From Octopus vulgaris (taxonomy: Eukaryota), in NCBI GenBank assembly GCA_951406725.2, contig OX597832.1, forward strand, positions 57,660,001 through 57,724,000: 64,000 bases of DNA, given 5' to 3'. Positions 27,001 to 41,082 of the stretch are shown piece after piece. The translations under genes and the position numbers were made by a program. Position 1 is the first letter of the stretch, and each line of letters begins with the position of its first letter. Under the pieces are notes generated by a model that had not been told where the DNA came from, ran no database searches, and worked only from the letters and a program-made list of their open reading frames with translations.

Positions 27001-27392
27001 TATATAAAGCTGAAGTTGTCTGTGTGTGGCAGGTTTGGTAGGCTTCAACAAACGCTATCTCCTCCAAGACCCTGCGGCGCAAGTTGACCAAAATTGAGAG
27101 TATGATAGAAGAAGGCTTGCTCTTCATTCCATATAAGAAAAAATTCAAATCAGACCATGTTAAGATGAAAAATTATTTACATCAAAAAGGTGCTTTTTTC
27201 CTATGAAAATTCCTATTTCTTACAACTTTTTGACTGCTGTATTGCCATTTTTTGGTGTATTTCAACCAGAAAAATGTTCACTTAAAGAGAATAACAAGCT
27301 ACATAATACAAAATTTTTACTTTTCAAAAATTCCAATTCTAAAGGGTCGAAAAGAAAACAAACCCGAGCAACACCAGGCAATACTGCTGATA
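27001..27392 (+). mobile_element. Non-autonomous Helitron
   Basis: 5' tatataaagctgaagttgtctgtgtgt; 3' hairpin cccgagcaacaccagg followed ~10 nt later by a degraded CTAG-like end. Confidence 0.6.
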
Positions 27393-27825
27393 CAGATATA
27401 TTTTCTGGTGCTCTAGATCAGGGGGTGTATAGCACGTCATAAGTTCTGTGAAAGTGTGTGACCTAGTGGTTAGGATGTTGCACTCGCAACTGTGGGATCG
27501 TGATTTCAATTCCCACACTGCCTGTGCATTGTGTTCTTGAGCAAAATCCCTTCATTTCACATTGCTCCAATCCACTCAGCTGTAAATGGTTAACCCTGTG
27601 ATTAACTGGCTTACATGGGTGAGATGGTGACTCAGGAAAATCACCCAAATGGAGGTCTCACAAGCCATTACACAATTCAGCAATAGAAAGGGTGAATAAT
27701 ACAACTCTTACTATGAATCCTGATTGATTGGGATTGATGGGGATTGGTTGTTTAATCTTGTTGAAGGATGAATGAATGATTAAGCTCGGTAATTTAAAAA
27801 AAAAAAAATGATGTAATTTTTTTAG

Positions 27826-28232
27826 CAGGAGTGGCTGTGTGGTAAGTAGCTTGCTTACCAACCACATGGTTCCCGGCAAGTGTTTTCAACTATAGCCTCG
27901 GGCCGACCAAAGCCTTGTGAGTGGATTTGGTAGACGGAAACTGAAAGAAGCCCGTTGTATATATATGTGTGGGTGTGTGTTTGTGTATCTGAGTTTGTCC
28001 CCCCACCATCGCTTGACAACCGACGTTGGTGTGTTCATGTCCTCGTAACTTAGCGGTTTGGCAAAAGAGACCAATGGAATAAGTACTAGGCTTACAAAGA
28101 ATAAGTACTGGGGTTGATTTGTTCGACTAAAGGTGGTGCTCCAGCAGGGCCACAGTCAATGGGTACTGGCATTGGCCACGTTCAGATGGTGCAAATGACT
28201 GAACCAAGTAAAAGAATAAAAGGAATAAAAGA
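27826..28232 (+). mobile_element. SINE family A copy with an internal deletion and a foreign insertion
   Basis: Family consensus; extra ~35 nt near 28160-28192. Confidence 0.88.
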
Positions 28233-29755
28233 ATTAAAATCATGTTTAGTCTGCCTCCTTCTTTTGGGTACATTATATTCAGAACCATCCTTTGTTCTGT
28301 TTCTCTTCAGTTATAGAGGCCATTTTAAGGCCTCGGCTTTGCAAATTACAATGTAATTATTAGTGATGGTGCCAAAAACGGAAAAAAAAACCCCCCATAA
28401 AAATCACCAAGTTCTCTCTGTAATGGAGTTGATGCTGTAGAAACAATTCCAAAGTAGACATCAGTCCATGATGCAGTCGTTCGGACTCGTGCGATCCTGT
28501 CAAATGGACCAACCCATGTCAACATGGAAGCCAGATATTAAATGACAGTGATGAATTACGTCATCTCATATTTCCTCTCCTTTCAAGATGTCATGCTGTA
28601 CTTTGATAGAGATTTGACTGCCATTTCTGTTCACTCAAACAACCCCATATAAGTACCCCCTTTTATCTTGGTCTAGAGTACCCTGTATTCAGCTCATGAT
28701 CACAAGGTCATGAGTTCAATTTCCTGTGATGCATTATATCCTTGAGCAAGACACTTAATTTTATATTACTCCGGTTCATTTAACTGGTAAAAATGAATTG
28801 TACCTGTAATTCAAACGGGGCCAGCCTTGTCACACTCTGTGTCACATTCAATATTCCTGAGAACTACATTAAAGGTACACGTGTCTGTGGAGCACTCAGC
28901 CACTTGCATGTTAATTTCATGAGCAGGCTGTTTGTGAAATTAATATTTATCTGTTTAATTATCATCAATGTTGTTGTCACCAAAGACTGAATCTTTGGAT
29001 TTGCTTCTGCCACAATCCATGCAGTAATCTCTTTTAATCCCCCTTCAGGCATTCTTTTAGTTGTAGCTTAAACCTCGGAGCACTTTAAACAGAAAATTGA
29101 AAATAAAAAAGAAAATTAATAAAAAGTATAATCATAATCATCATCATCATTATCATCATTGTCATCATCATCATCATTTAACATCCGTTTTCCAGGCTGG
29201 CATGGGTTGGATGGTTTGATAGGTCTGGAGAACCAACGGCTGCATCAAGCTCCCATCTGATCTAGCAATGCTTCTACAGCTGCATGCCCTTCCTAATGCC
29301 GACCACTCTGAGAGTGTAGTGGGTGCTTTTTATGTGCCACCAGCACAGGAGCCAGTCAGGTGGTCCTGGCATTGATCACGTTCAGATAGTGCTTTTTATG
29401 TGCCACCAGCACGGAAGCCAGTCAATGGGTACTGGCATTGGCCACGTTTGGATGGTGCTTTTTATGTGCCACCAGCATGGGAGCCAGTCAGTGGATACTG
29501 GCATTGGCCATGTTCGAATGGTGCTTTTTATGTGCCACTGGCACAGGAGCCAGTCAGTGTGCTACAATGTAAAAAAACAAAACAATGAAAAATTTTATGT
29601 ATGAAGGGTTTGAACCATTTCATTGAACCCTCCTGACAGCAAATTGATAGTCTGTAGGTTGTTGGATAGATTACCCCTAGGTATTTGTTTTTACTCTGTG
29701 TTTTGAGTTCAAATTCTGTTGAGGTTAACTTTGACTTTAATTATTTGGGAGGATA

Positions 29756-30168
29756 GGCATAGGAGTGGCTGTGTGGTAAGTAGCTTGCTTACCAACCACA
29801 TGGTTCCGGGTTCAGTCCCACTGTGTGGCACCTTGGGCAAGTGTCTTCTACTATAACCTGAAGCCGACCAAATCCTTGTGAGTGGATTTGGTAGATGGAA
29901 ACTGAAAGAAGGCCATCGTATATATGTATATATATGTGTGTGTGTGTGTATATATTTGTGTGTCTGTGTTTGACCCCCAACATTGCTTGACAACCAATGC
30001 TGGTGTGTTTACATCCTCGTATATATTAGCAGTTCAGCAAAAGAGACTGATAGAATAAGTACTAGGCTTACAAAGAATAAGTCCTGGGGTTGATTTGCTC
30101 GACTAAAGGTGGTGCTCCAGCATGGCCACAGTCAAATGACTGAAACAAGTAAAAGAGTAAAGAGAGTA
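29756..30168 (+). mobile_element. SINE family A, full length. Others: 40869-41300 +, 42385-42752 -, 47078-47505 +, 48907-49320 -, 50759-51155 +, 51221-51612 +, 55925-56345 +, 56465-56625 +, 58150-58378 +
   Basis: A box gtggctgtgtggt, B box ggttcagtccc, internal TA/TG microsatellite, (gtaaaaga)n tail. Confidence 0.92.
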
Positions 30169-32199
30169 GGAGTGAATTGATAAAAAGAACAAACAAGAAA
30201 AAAAACAAAAAGAAAACAACCTAAGTCTGTAGATTGGTGGAATTATAAGAATATCAGACCTGATGTCTTCTGGTATTTCTTCCAGTGCTGTGTGTTTTGA
30301 GTTCAAATCCAGTTATGGCCCTCTTAGATGGTACACTTAATCTCAACTATTACTTTGCAGGTTAGGTGCCTTTAATGGAACCAACCGTGTTGCAAGCATT
30401 CAGGCCTGGTCTTCACTTTGAATATACTCTCTTCTTCCTTCTGTCTCTCTCCCAACAGTCTTGGAGGACTTGTAAAACGGTCAAGGGCGCTGCCTTCTCT
30501 CCTGACTCAAAGACTGCCAAACAAAAAAAAAAAATCTGAAAGAAAGAAACGGTTGAAAATAATGGAAGTCTTAGTAGTAATAATTCTACGTCTAACGATA
30601 ACGATGTGAAGAAACCTCATAGCTTCTGTGTGTGTTTGTTATCTTTTTTTTTCAAAGTCCTACCTGCTCCATGAGTTGTATTGTGTGTAGTGCTGTCGTT
30701 AGGTTAATGTACAGAATCTTTTAGCCGAAGGATCAATAAAAACTGGAACTACAAAGTACACCATTCACTATGATATCTACAAGCTGTTCTGCAACAGATT
30801 CAACTTTCGGACTTCTACAGAATCAATTACTGAACATGAAAAGGTTCTTGGCAGATTATTCAACTTCAGTAATCCTTTTGAATGATTGGGTTTGGTTTTT
30901 AAAGAATATCAAACTAAAATTCCTTCAACAGCAGCTTATTGTGTCGTTTACCACCACATAAACCATGTTAGATTCACATTATATTAACGCCGCAATTCCT
31001 GGCCTCTCTATACACACACTGTGGCTCTCTGCTTCCTTGCTAGCTTTTTTTTTTTTTTTTTCTCTAAGACATTGCAGATAATACTCCGATCTAATCTCTC
31101 TGTGATTATCTCCTCCTTGTATTACAGTTTGACTTAGCTGTTAGATATCAATAAAGTTTCCATATGTGAGACTGCTTCTTATTTCCAAGTAGCCTAACTT
31201 GATTCACTGGAAAATGGAAAAGAAAAATGCCGAGAAAAATTTGAGTAAAATATTGGTTAAAAGTTACAGATGTTTATTTAGAAAATTCTTGCGTCGCAGT
31301 TACACAGATCAGTCTGTGAATAAAATCTACATTTAATGTAATTAATTGCTTTGATATTACATTTCAGTAGAGACAGCATGAAATTAAATGATACTTGTTG
31401 ATAGGTTTGGTCCAGTCTGAGCAGTTTTCAATGAGTAAATATGGAAAATGACTTATTTCGTTTTTACGGCTTCAACTAATTTGATAAAACAAACCTAGAG
31501 ATAATTTGATAGGAATGTAAACTTGAAGAATGTTGTGGTTTTCATATGAGGAATCTGGATGAGTATAGCACCGCATATATACAAGGCTGCAGTCTCACAC
31601 ATACACATATACTTGTACATGCACACACACACACACACTCACACACACATATATACACACACATACACATGTACACACATGCAGACACTGAAGTAATGAT
31701 TTTAATGGGAAATTGTCAGATATGGAAAAAGACAATGGTATTTGAAATTTCTTGGCTGTCTGGTTCATAAACTCATTTTGTAACTACATGGTTTTAGGTT
31801 CAATCCCATTGTATAACACCTTGGACATGTGACTTCTACTAAAGCTTCGGGGCCAACAAATGCTTGTGAATGAATTTGGTAGACAGAAACTAAGTGGAAG
31901 CCCATCATTTGCCGCCTCGACTGGCTTCTCTACTGGTGGCACATAAAAAACCACCAACCAATCGTGGTCATTACCATTCCCCTCTTGCCCCTGTGGCGGT
32001 GGCATGTAAAAAGCACCTAATACACTCTCAGAGTGGTTGGCATTAGGAAGGGCATCCAGCTGTAGAAACACTGCCAGATCAGACTGGAGCCTGGTGCAGC
32101 CTCCTGGTTTTGCAGACCCCAGTCAAACTGTCCTACCCATGCCAGTATGGAAAATGGATGTTAAACGATGATGATGATCTTTGTAATAATATATATATA

Positions 32200-32392
32200 T
32201 ATATATATTCATAATACTAATTAATAGCTTAAAGCTTATAAGCATTCACCATGTGTTGGCTATAGACAATCGTCTAATATTGGGGCATATAAGCCCTCAA
32301 TGGAAAAAAGTGGGCATTAGTACATGTGGGAATTGAACCCACACCTCTCACATTTGTGATAAGTGTGCCAACCATGTACACCAACCTGCATG
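32200..32392 (-). mobile_element. tRNA-derived SINE or tRNA pseudogene head (32318-32392) with a tail into (TA)n
   Basis: Minus strand tggtgtacatggttggcac...gtgggttcaattcccac forms D and T arms; anticodon loop is degraded. Confidence 0.55.
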
Positions 32393-32454
32393 ACTTCTGA
32401 AACACTATCTTTGTTGAAGGTATGTTTTACCATGGCTACACAGGTCCTCTGTAA

Positions 32455-32912
32455 TACTTCTTGTCACTAATCAGTATGGACCATCATCACCTCCACCATT
32501 AGATAATGTGCATTCGGTCTTTCTTGATCTCCCTCTTTTGCAGTTTTCACTAACCTGAAATAATTGGCTTTTGTATGCAACAGTTATCCTCCATGTGCAT
32601 CACATGCCTCTACGAGCAGCACCTCCTCTCTAATACATCACACCTGATTTTGATTATATCCAGCCTTTCTCTTAGCTTGTTGTTATCCCAGTGTTCACAC
32701 ACACTAATCTTATACATCCATTAGAGCATGATGGCTTCATTTCTTTCTAACCTTTGCAAGTCTTCTGTGTTTAGAACCTGTGTTTTTCTACCATACAACA
32801 TCACAATTCTAACACAAACCACAAACAATCTGCCCTTCACTCTGAGAAAAATGATTTGTGTTGCCTCTCTGAACTTTTCCAGACTGTCCTAGGTCCAGCC
32901 GTTATACTTTCT
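32455..32912 (-). mobile_element. Degraded RTE-clade LINE C-terminal fragment
   Basis: Minus strand LRVKGRLFVVCVRIVMLYG...EDLQRLERNEAIML.W. Confidence 0.7.
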
Positions 32913-32916
32913 AAAT

Positions 32917-33382
32917 ACTGTAAATCCTCGAGTTTAATCTGCATTTTTCCCCCAAAATTTAACAGTCAAAATCCCTTGTGTGTACTATATACGAGGTTAA
33001 AAATGAAAAATATTTTCTAAGCAATGTCCGAGACACTATTTGCTGTCCAGCAATGTTTATTCAGATGCATTTTGTAATGTTGGATGTGAAAATACCTTAA
33101 GCTAAGCCTGAAAGCAATGAAGTCATAAAAGTATCATCCATAACTTGCATTAAGCAATATTTATTAAACGTTATTACTGTTATTTCTTTATTTTCTGCAA
33201 ACAAAATGCACAAAAAAGCTACACATTTGCATTATGTTATATATACAATAATAATAAAGGACGTTACTGTATACATTTTTACAAACCAAGGATGTTACAT
33301 AGACCTCCTTGACCCAAGTTAGAGAAGGGGTGCATATTATACACAAGGTTTAGGTTTTTCAGATGTACAGCCCCCTAAAAAT
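32917..33382. mobile_element. Tc2/pogo-like non-autonomous DNA transposon, right end truncated
   Basis: TA|ctgtaaatcctcgagtttaatctgca terminus with an inverted internal motif tgcatattatacacaagg. Confidence 0.5.
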
Positions 33383-33486
33383 GGAATTTAGGTGTTTTCG
33401 CTTAATAAACACTCACAACGCTCTGTCTGGGAATTGAAACCTCAATCCGACGACTGCAAGTTCACTGCCCTAATCACTGGGCCATT

Positions 33487-33524
<38 letters not shown>

Positions 33525-33908
33525 CTTTATATATATATAATTATATGTATGTATATATATAAAGAAGCATTGGTTATTGAACAAACATTAAATTTGGGTC
33601 AACGACCTTACATACAACAACACCTCTCAAACATTTAATTATATATAAAGAAAACACCATGGTTCTCAACCACATAAAAAACAATACATATGGCCTATCA
33701 AAAAGTTAAATATAAACAGCTAAAAATTCAAAAACCACCAAAAAACCTAATATGAAATAAGTAAAGGTAAAAATAAGATAAAATAAAATAAATGTTCACA
33801 GACTAAAAAAATTTTATCAGACGATTAAAATATTTTTTAAAAACTTACTTTGAACCCAAAACCATGTGGCTGGTAAGCAAGCTACTTACCACACAGCCAC
33901 TCCTGTGC

Positions 33909-33941
<33 letters not shown>

Positions 33942-34451
33942 CATACAAATATATAAAAACACTATGCTCATTATTATATTAGGAGATAATAACATGAGTG
34001 GCTTAGCATGCATAAAAAAGCCATAATGGTAAAAAAATTATCTATATATTTAAATAATTTTTATTCACTTCAATCACCTTTTTAAAATTTGCTACGGCAT
34101 TAAAAGCGGTCAATGTACACATTGGCGAGATGAATAATCTTTATAATGCTGTGGTCAGTAAGACTCACAGATGACCAGCTAAGAGTTTTTCTCAAAGTTC
34201 AAAATCATGGTGATACAAGTATGTTTGGCTTTTTCGATTTTTGATTATTTTCATCATTGGTATGGGGTTTTAGGTTTTTTATTTTTTTGCCTGCTTTCAC
34301 CTTTGTGTTTAAGTGAAAATTTGTGGTTTGACTGCTATATTTAGCATGCCAGTTCTGCTTGTTAGTACCCTTAATTATTAATATATCTATATTTATCTAT
34401 TAATCAATATTTAAAGCAACAGAGTGACGCAAGGGCAGACAGTTATATGTA

Positions 34452-35533
34452 CAGGGTGCAGTAAATAAACCGTTGTTTAAATTATGCAAAAATGAAAATA
34501 AAACTGACATTTCATTTTAACAGATATATTTACCAAAATTACATAAAAATGCCAGCCTCGTCTGGCACCTGTGCAGGTGGCACATAAAAAGCACCCACTA
34601 CACTCATGGAGTGTTTGGCGTTAGGAAGGGCATCCAGCTGTAGAAACACTGCCAAATCAGACTGGGCCTGGCACAGATTCTGGCTTCCCAGAACCCAGAT
34701 GAACCGTCCAACCCATGCTAGCATGGAAAATGGACGTTAAACGATGATGATGATGATCTTGAAATACTAAAGAGGAACTTTATTAAATAAAATCACCGTT
34801 GGCTTCAACCATGGCCTCCAGATGACTTTGGAATCTCCTGCAAATGTTCTGGATGGTCTCCTTGTTTAAGTTGGTCAATACTGCCATAATCATTACCTTC
34901 AGTTCATCTTTGGTGTTACAAGGAATTTTGGTGGTCTCTCACTCAACTGTGCCCCACACATAATAATCAAGGGAGAATCAGTCTGAGGAGTTAGGGGGCC
35001 AGATGTTAGGAGTGATGCAGTCACAGAAATTGTCTGACAGCATGACTGGGTTCTCCTGCTTGTGTGGCATGGTGCAGAGTCCTGTCGCCAGACATAGGGT
35101 CTTCCAGCAGCCACCCTCTTGATCCAGTGCAGCACTACCTTCTCCAAACACCTGATGTAGGCCTCCATGTTGAGTCTGAGGCTATTAGGAAAGATGAATG
35201 GAGGCATAATGTCGCCGTCACTAGTGATCACCACAAACACCATGATGTTGACTGGATGTTTGTTTTTTATCACTCTCAGGTTGCACTGTCTTCAGATCGA
35301 CACCCAAACACTCTGAAATGTTCATATTGGAACTTCTGGCATGAATGCCAAGTAGTACAGCCTGTTCTTTCCAAATTTCTGGCTGAGTAAATTGCATTAT
35401 GGTGGTCTTTTTCTCACAGACAGTGCTCAATTGACCCTACTATACTGTGTAGTTAACAAAATCAAAAGCAAACAATGTACATGTGTGAAATTAAAAATAT
35501 AAAATGCTGACAGTTTACCCATTGCAGCCTCTG
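34452..35533 (-). mobile_element. maT (DD37D) Tc1/mariner transposon remnant interrupted by a SINE
   Basis: KHPVNIMVF...GRPYVWRQDSAPCHTS...WPPNS.D..PLDYYVWG, about 37 residues between catalytic Asps after frameshift correction. Imperfect TIRs cagggtgcagtaaataaaccgt / acagtttacccattgcagcctctg. Confidence 0.85.
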
Positions 35534-36339
35534 TGTGTGTGTGTATGAATGTATGAAATGGTGGATTAGTATGTTATTTCCCTTGATGTTTAGAAATCAA
35601 ATTCCACCAATACTGATTGTCGTTATCTGTCTCTGTTCTTTTGGCGTCAATAAAAATTAGTTCCCGTTAATAACTGGTACAAACTTCTTGTTCAAACTTT
35701 CATTTTTGGCCTCTATGATTAAAAACTTATATCTCCTCTTCATATATTGCTTTATAAATGCTGAAATATTTTATCTTCCTTAACACTTCACCATAGTCTA
35801 AATGCCGTCACTTGTCTCTCGTTATCTTTATCCGTTTGTTTGTATGTATTTTTTTTGTTTGGTCTTGTTACATAGAATTGTCTTTGTTCTTAGTGATTAT
35901 ACTTCTTGAGAATACTAGCTTCTTTTGCCAACCACAAAGCTAAAAGATTATGAGATTATGTGAAGTGTCAGTTAAACGAATTCCTCAGTGGTTTCAGTAA
36001 GAAATCGGTAAAAATTATTTACAAAGGAGTCTCCAGTGTATATACATTTAAACTTTTCGATGCCAAACACAAAAGTTTAAAATCTGAAACGTATTCCATA
36101 AAACTTGGGAGAAATTGTCGAGTGTACTTCACTGAAGATCGTTAAGAGAGAATGTCATTAAAACGAGATTAAAAACACAAAAAATGAAAATAAAATTAGA
36201 AACCCAAATCCACTTTTTATTATAACATGTGGTACTTCAAAATGCCTTTGAAGCAGGATAACGTTTGATCAAGTTGCACAGACACATGTGCATGTGTAAA
36301 ATACGCTTCAGATTGTTGTTTATGCTGTTGTATTTCAGT

Positions 36340-37040
36340 GTTGGGTGGTGGTCGTGGTTGGTAGTAGTGGTGGTGGCGGTGGTGGGCCAGGGTGGCGTTT
36401 AACTAGTAAGGCAATATTCATAGATAGAAATTGTTTATTGTAGTAGTAGTAGTAGTGGTGGTGGTGGTAGTGGTGGTAATGGTGATGGTGGTGGTAGGAG
36501 TAGTGTTGATATTAGAAGTAGTTGTGGTAGTAATAATGGCGGTGATGGTTGTGGGGCAGGGTGTTGTTGTAGTAGTGATAATTGTAGTGGTGGTAGTGAT
36601 GGTAGTAATAGTGGTGATGCTAGAAGTAGTAGTAGTAGTAATAGTATTATTGATGGCAGTAGTATTTGTAATGTTAGTAGTGGCGTTGCTGGTGGTAGCA
36701 GTGGTATTGGTGATGATGGTTGTAGTGGTGATGGTGGTAGCAGTGGTGGTGGTGGTTGTAGTGGTGGCAGTGGTGGTGGTTGTAGTGATAGTGATGGTTG
36801 TAGTGGTGGTGGTGGTGGTGGGGTTGTAGTGATGGTGATGGTTGTGGTGGTGGTGGGGGGGTTGTAGTGATGGTGATGGTTGTAGTGGTGGTGGTAGTGG
36901 CAACGGTATTGGTAGTGGTAGTAGCAGTAATAATGGTGGTGGTGGTGGTGGTAGTAGTAGTAGCAGCAGTAGTAGTAGTAGTTGTAGTGGTAGTTGTGTT
37001 GGTGAGTTCTACAGTATGGCAGTGGTGATAGTTGTGGTGG
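36340..37040. repeat. (GGT/AGT/GAT)n low-complexity tract
   Basis: Directly visible; source of the poly-T/V/P ORFs. Confidence 0.92.
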
Positions 37041-38829
37041 CTGACTTACCATTTTTGTCCCTTCCATTGTTCTCCGAGAGAAATCCCTACCTGCCTGTCA
37101 TGGTCGTTATTTCTTGTTTACTGTTTGTTCCATTTTGGTTACAAACACAAGAACATGCAAAAAAATAAATAAATAAATAAAAGGATAGAATAAAAACAAA
37201 AACAAAAAGAGCTTTTCCAGGGAATCCACTTGAAAAGACATCTTCCTCTTGAAAACCTCTTTATCCATTCCATCTCCAGAGTTCACGTCTTGTTTGTTTG
37301 TTTGTTTGTTTGTTACTGTTTTGTTGTTTTTATTTTTGGTTTATAAATTTCAATTGATCCAAATGTTTAGCAAAAAAACAACAACAAAAAAAAAACGAAA
37401 AAGTTCAACAAAGTTATATTGGGTTATGTGTGTGTGTGTGTTGTTTGTTGTTTGTTTGTAGTTTTTTTTTTGTGGTTTCTTTTTTTTTCTTTTCTTTTCT
37501 GCGATTTTTCAAAATTCTATTTTGGTATAAATGCGATCTGGTTTAATTAAGAGTTTAATATCTGTAGATTTTTACCAATGTATTTGGAGACACAAAAGAA
37601 AGAATTCTCATATGTCGGAAGAAGAAGAAGAAGAAAGAGAAAGAAAGAAAAAAAAAACTTAAATTGTCATCATCTTGGATGTTGTTTATCATGTTAAATT
37701 TGATTATATGTTATATAATTACATAAACATTTTAAAAATACAAAAATATTTAAAAGAAAATTTTAAAAGCCATTTCCATCACACTGTGTGCAATTTAGTT
37801 GAATTTTAAATCTAAAATTTTCACAAATTCTTGTTTTGTTTTTATAGCTTTCATTGTTTTGTTTTTTTTTTTTAATTTCATTTTTTCTGTTTCTTTTCTG
37901 GTATTTTTGATGTGATACTTTAGGTCTCCATCCATCGGCTTCTATTAATTTTCCTCTATTTATTAATTTTCGCTGTCATATAATGAAATAATACCACGGT
38001 GATAGATCTCCTGTAACCCTGGCATTAAATATAATACGACTTTACCAATGCCATTAGCAGATTCAAATAAGAATCGTCTTAGAGAGAGCATAGCTGTCTT
38101 TAATCTTCTCTCATTATATGAGAGAAATGTCAAGATTCTCTGCAATGTAATCTACTTAGCCCTATTTAAACAGAGCCCACCATTTCCTTTCTGGCTTTCT
38201 TTTCACCTTATGAATATTTTATACTTCCACATGCCGTCTTTACCATTGTTTAGTAGTTTTGGTATCTTTTAACGACAACATTACATCAGGTCTTGATCTT
38301 AGTGACCACTCCGTTATAATAGATACCAATAACTATTGTTATCTGTTATGGGTTTTGTTTTATTTTATTTTAGGGTTTTTTTTTTCCAGTTCTGTTAATT
38401 GTTTGTGTTCCTGGCTTTGGTGGGGTAAACGAGAATACAGGAGGATCAGTTAATTATGATTTTATTCACCGTATTCTCCCCCAACTCCTGTCAGATTCAC
38501 ACACTTATTGCAGCAGTGTGTGGTGAGGCTAGACTTGTTTTGATATTTGTGTGTGTGCACATGTTGGGATGTATAGTATAGTTCATTGTTTTGACCTTTA
38601 GTCACAGCATGCACTGCCTTGATGAATTCAGATGTTAAAGGGCCAGGATGCAAACTTTGTTTTGGTGTTGAAGTTCCTTGTCTGAGTTGACAAATGATGT
38701 TCTCTTAAAGGGTCCTTTTAATTACTTCTGGTGGTACAGTGATATGACATAGGAAAATAATGTTTTTGTTTTTTTTTGTTTACTTCATTTATAGGTTCTT
38801 CTCTTGTTCAGTTAGATGCTAATGGTGGT

Positions 38830-39648
38830 TAGTGTTTCTCTGTTTTGTAATGTTCTGTTTGAATGCTAGGAAGGATGCTTTGTTCTTATGTTTGCATGAC
38901 ACAATTACTTCAGAATGGTTATTAATTATGTGTTCCCTGATGATCTCTAGAGTTTCCTCCAAGCATAAGTTACACACTTGCAATATTCTGTTGTATGGTC
39001 TAGTGTATGTTTATTATAACCAGTTGGTTGTATGGTCCACACTTCTCCATTTGAGCCTCCAGTCAAGGTTAAATACTGATATGCGACACATTTTCTTTTG
39101 GTTGGAAAATGACATAAGATGGTTACTCAGGAGTTTTTCATGGTGTCTCCAGTTCTCCCAATATACATATATTTTAGTGCACCTGCATTCACTTCACATT
39201 TGTAAACTACATTCTTCACCATGCAGTTATTAAATTTGCATTCATTTTCTCCTCTGCAATTACATACACTATCTTTTCTGGTTCTGTAAGAGGAGTTATC
39301 ATTAGTGCCTACATTCCTTTTTCCCAATGCAACAGTGTTCTTATTTTCCTCAGGTATGGTACTGTTTAGACCTGTTCCTTTTATGGAGGAGCTTTTATCA
39401 TTCATAATCTCAACCATTCTCTCATTTAAAATTTTTTTTGATCTGCATTTTTTTCTTAGCCTCCTCTACTTTTATCGTATTAAGTTTTATATTATTTAAT
39501 TTATGTATCTAGTATTCTAGATTGCATGATGTCACATATGCTAATTTCACACTATGTCTGTTGATGATTTTGTGACATTTGATAGATTTAGGGAAGAGCT
39601 TGTCTAATGCTGGAATTAATTCCTCACCTATTTTGGATTTTATTAGCA
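38830..39648 (-). mobile_element. Penelope-like element, RT linker plus GIY-YIG endonuclease, degraded
   Basis: CNCRGENECKFNNCMVKNVVYKCEV...YMYIGRT...CNLCLEE...SCKHKNK. Confidence 0.85.
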
Positions 39649-39705
39649 AACTGAATTCATTTGACTATGGTTGTATGAACATGTGGAGATATGTGTGTAT
39701 AGATA

Positions 39706-39759
<54 letters not shown>

Positions 39760-39814
39760 TATATATCTATGCATATATTTATACATATATGTATATTTTA
39801 TATATATATTTCAC

Positions 39815-39881
<67 letters not shown>

Positions 39882-40407
39882 TATATGTACATATATATAT
39901 ATACACACACACACATATATATCTACACACCCACACACATATATATATACACATACACACACACACACACATGTCTCCGCACGCTCATACAACCGTAGTC
40001 AAATGAATTCAGTTGGTGTTGTTTATAAGTTGTTGCTGTTCGTCCTATGCCTATAGATCTGAAGAGACAGAAGTGAGTGTTAATGCAGACTGTTGCATTG
40101 TGGGACCTCCTGTAGTTTGGAAACTGTTTCACATCCATTTCATCCACTTTCGCTGTTTTATTTGCTGTCATGCATTTTATGAACAATAACCCCATTGTCT
40201 TATCAGTTTCCCATTGGGCCAATCGCTACTTTACTGCTTACCTGATGGTGTTGGTCATAAAGAAATGTCTGTGTGTCCCTAGGGCTATAAGTAATATAAA
40301 GTACATTTGTTCAAGGCACTTAGTTTGTTGCTGTTATTATCTGTGTGTTCATTTTTTATTGTTTTTTCCTTACACACACACACACACTCCTGTACATATG
40401 CAAATGC

Positions 40408-40446
<39 letters not shown>

Positions 40447-41041
40447 CTAGTGTGCAACCGGTTATCTAGACATGCATTTTTTCCTCACCAACCAAAGACT
40501 TGTGAGTGGATGTGAAGACGGAAACTGAAAGAAGCCCATCATATATTGTGTGTGTGTTTGTCCCCCACAACCACTTGACAACCGGTGTTGGTGTGTTTTC
40601 ATCTCCATAACTTAGCAGTTCAGCAAAATAGACCGATAAAATAAGTACTGGGCTTAAAAACGTAAGTCCAGGTGGTGCCCCAGCATGATCGCAGTCCAGT
40701 GACTAAAGCAGGTAAAAGAGAAAAGACAGCTAGCCTATTGACAGTGTGTGTACATTAAGTATGATTCATAGATAGCTATTTGATAACGTATAGCAACCAG
40801 TTTAGCCCTTGGTCAACCCTCAGTAAACAGCCTTATCATCAACGGTATTCTTTATAGAATTATATATAGGTGCAGGAGTGGCTGTGTGGTAAGTAGCTTG
40901 CTTACCAACCACATGGTTCTGGGTTCAGTCCCACTGCATGGCACCTTGGGCAAGTGTCTTCTACTATAGCCTCGGGCCACCCAAAGCCTTGCGAGTGGAT
41001 TTGGTAGACGGAAACTGAAAGAAGCCTGTCGTATATATGTG

Positions 41042-41082
<41 letters not shown>

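Noticed and set aside
30720-30965. Possible exon or LINE remnant
   Set aside because: Only a vague resemblance to RT C-termini; no consistent frame or splice sites.
32318-32392. Functional tRNA gene
   Set aside because: Acceptor stem and anticodon loop are degraded; continues into a SINE-like body.
36418-37168. Mucin-like or proline-rich ORFs
   Set aside because: Trinucleotide low-complexity tract without credible exon boundaries.
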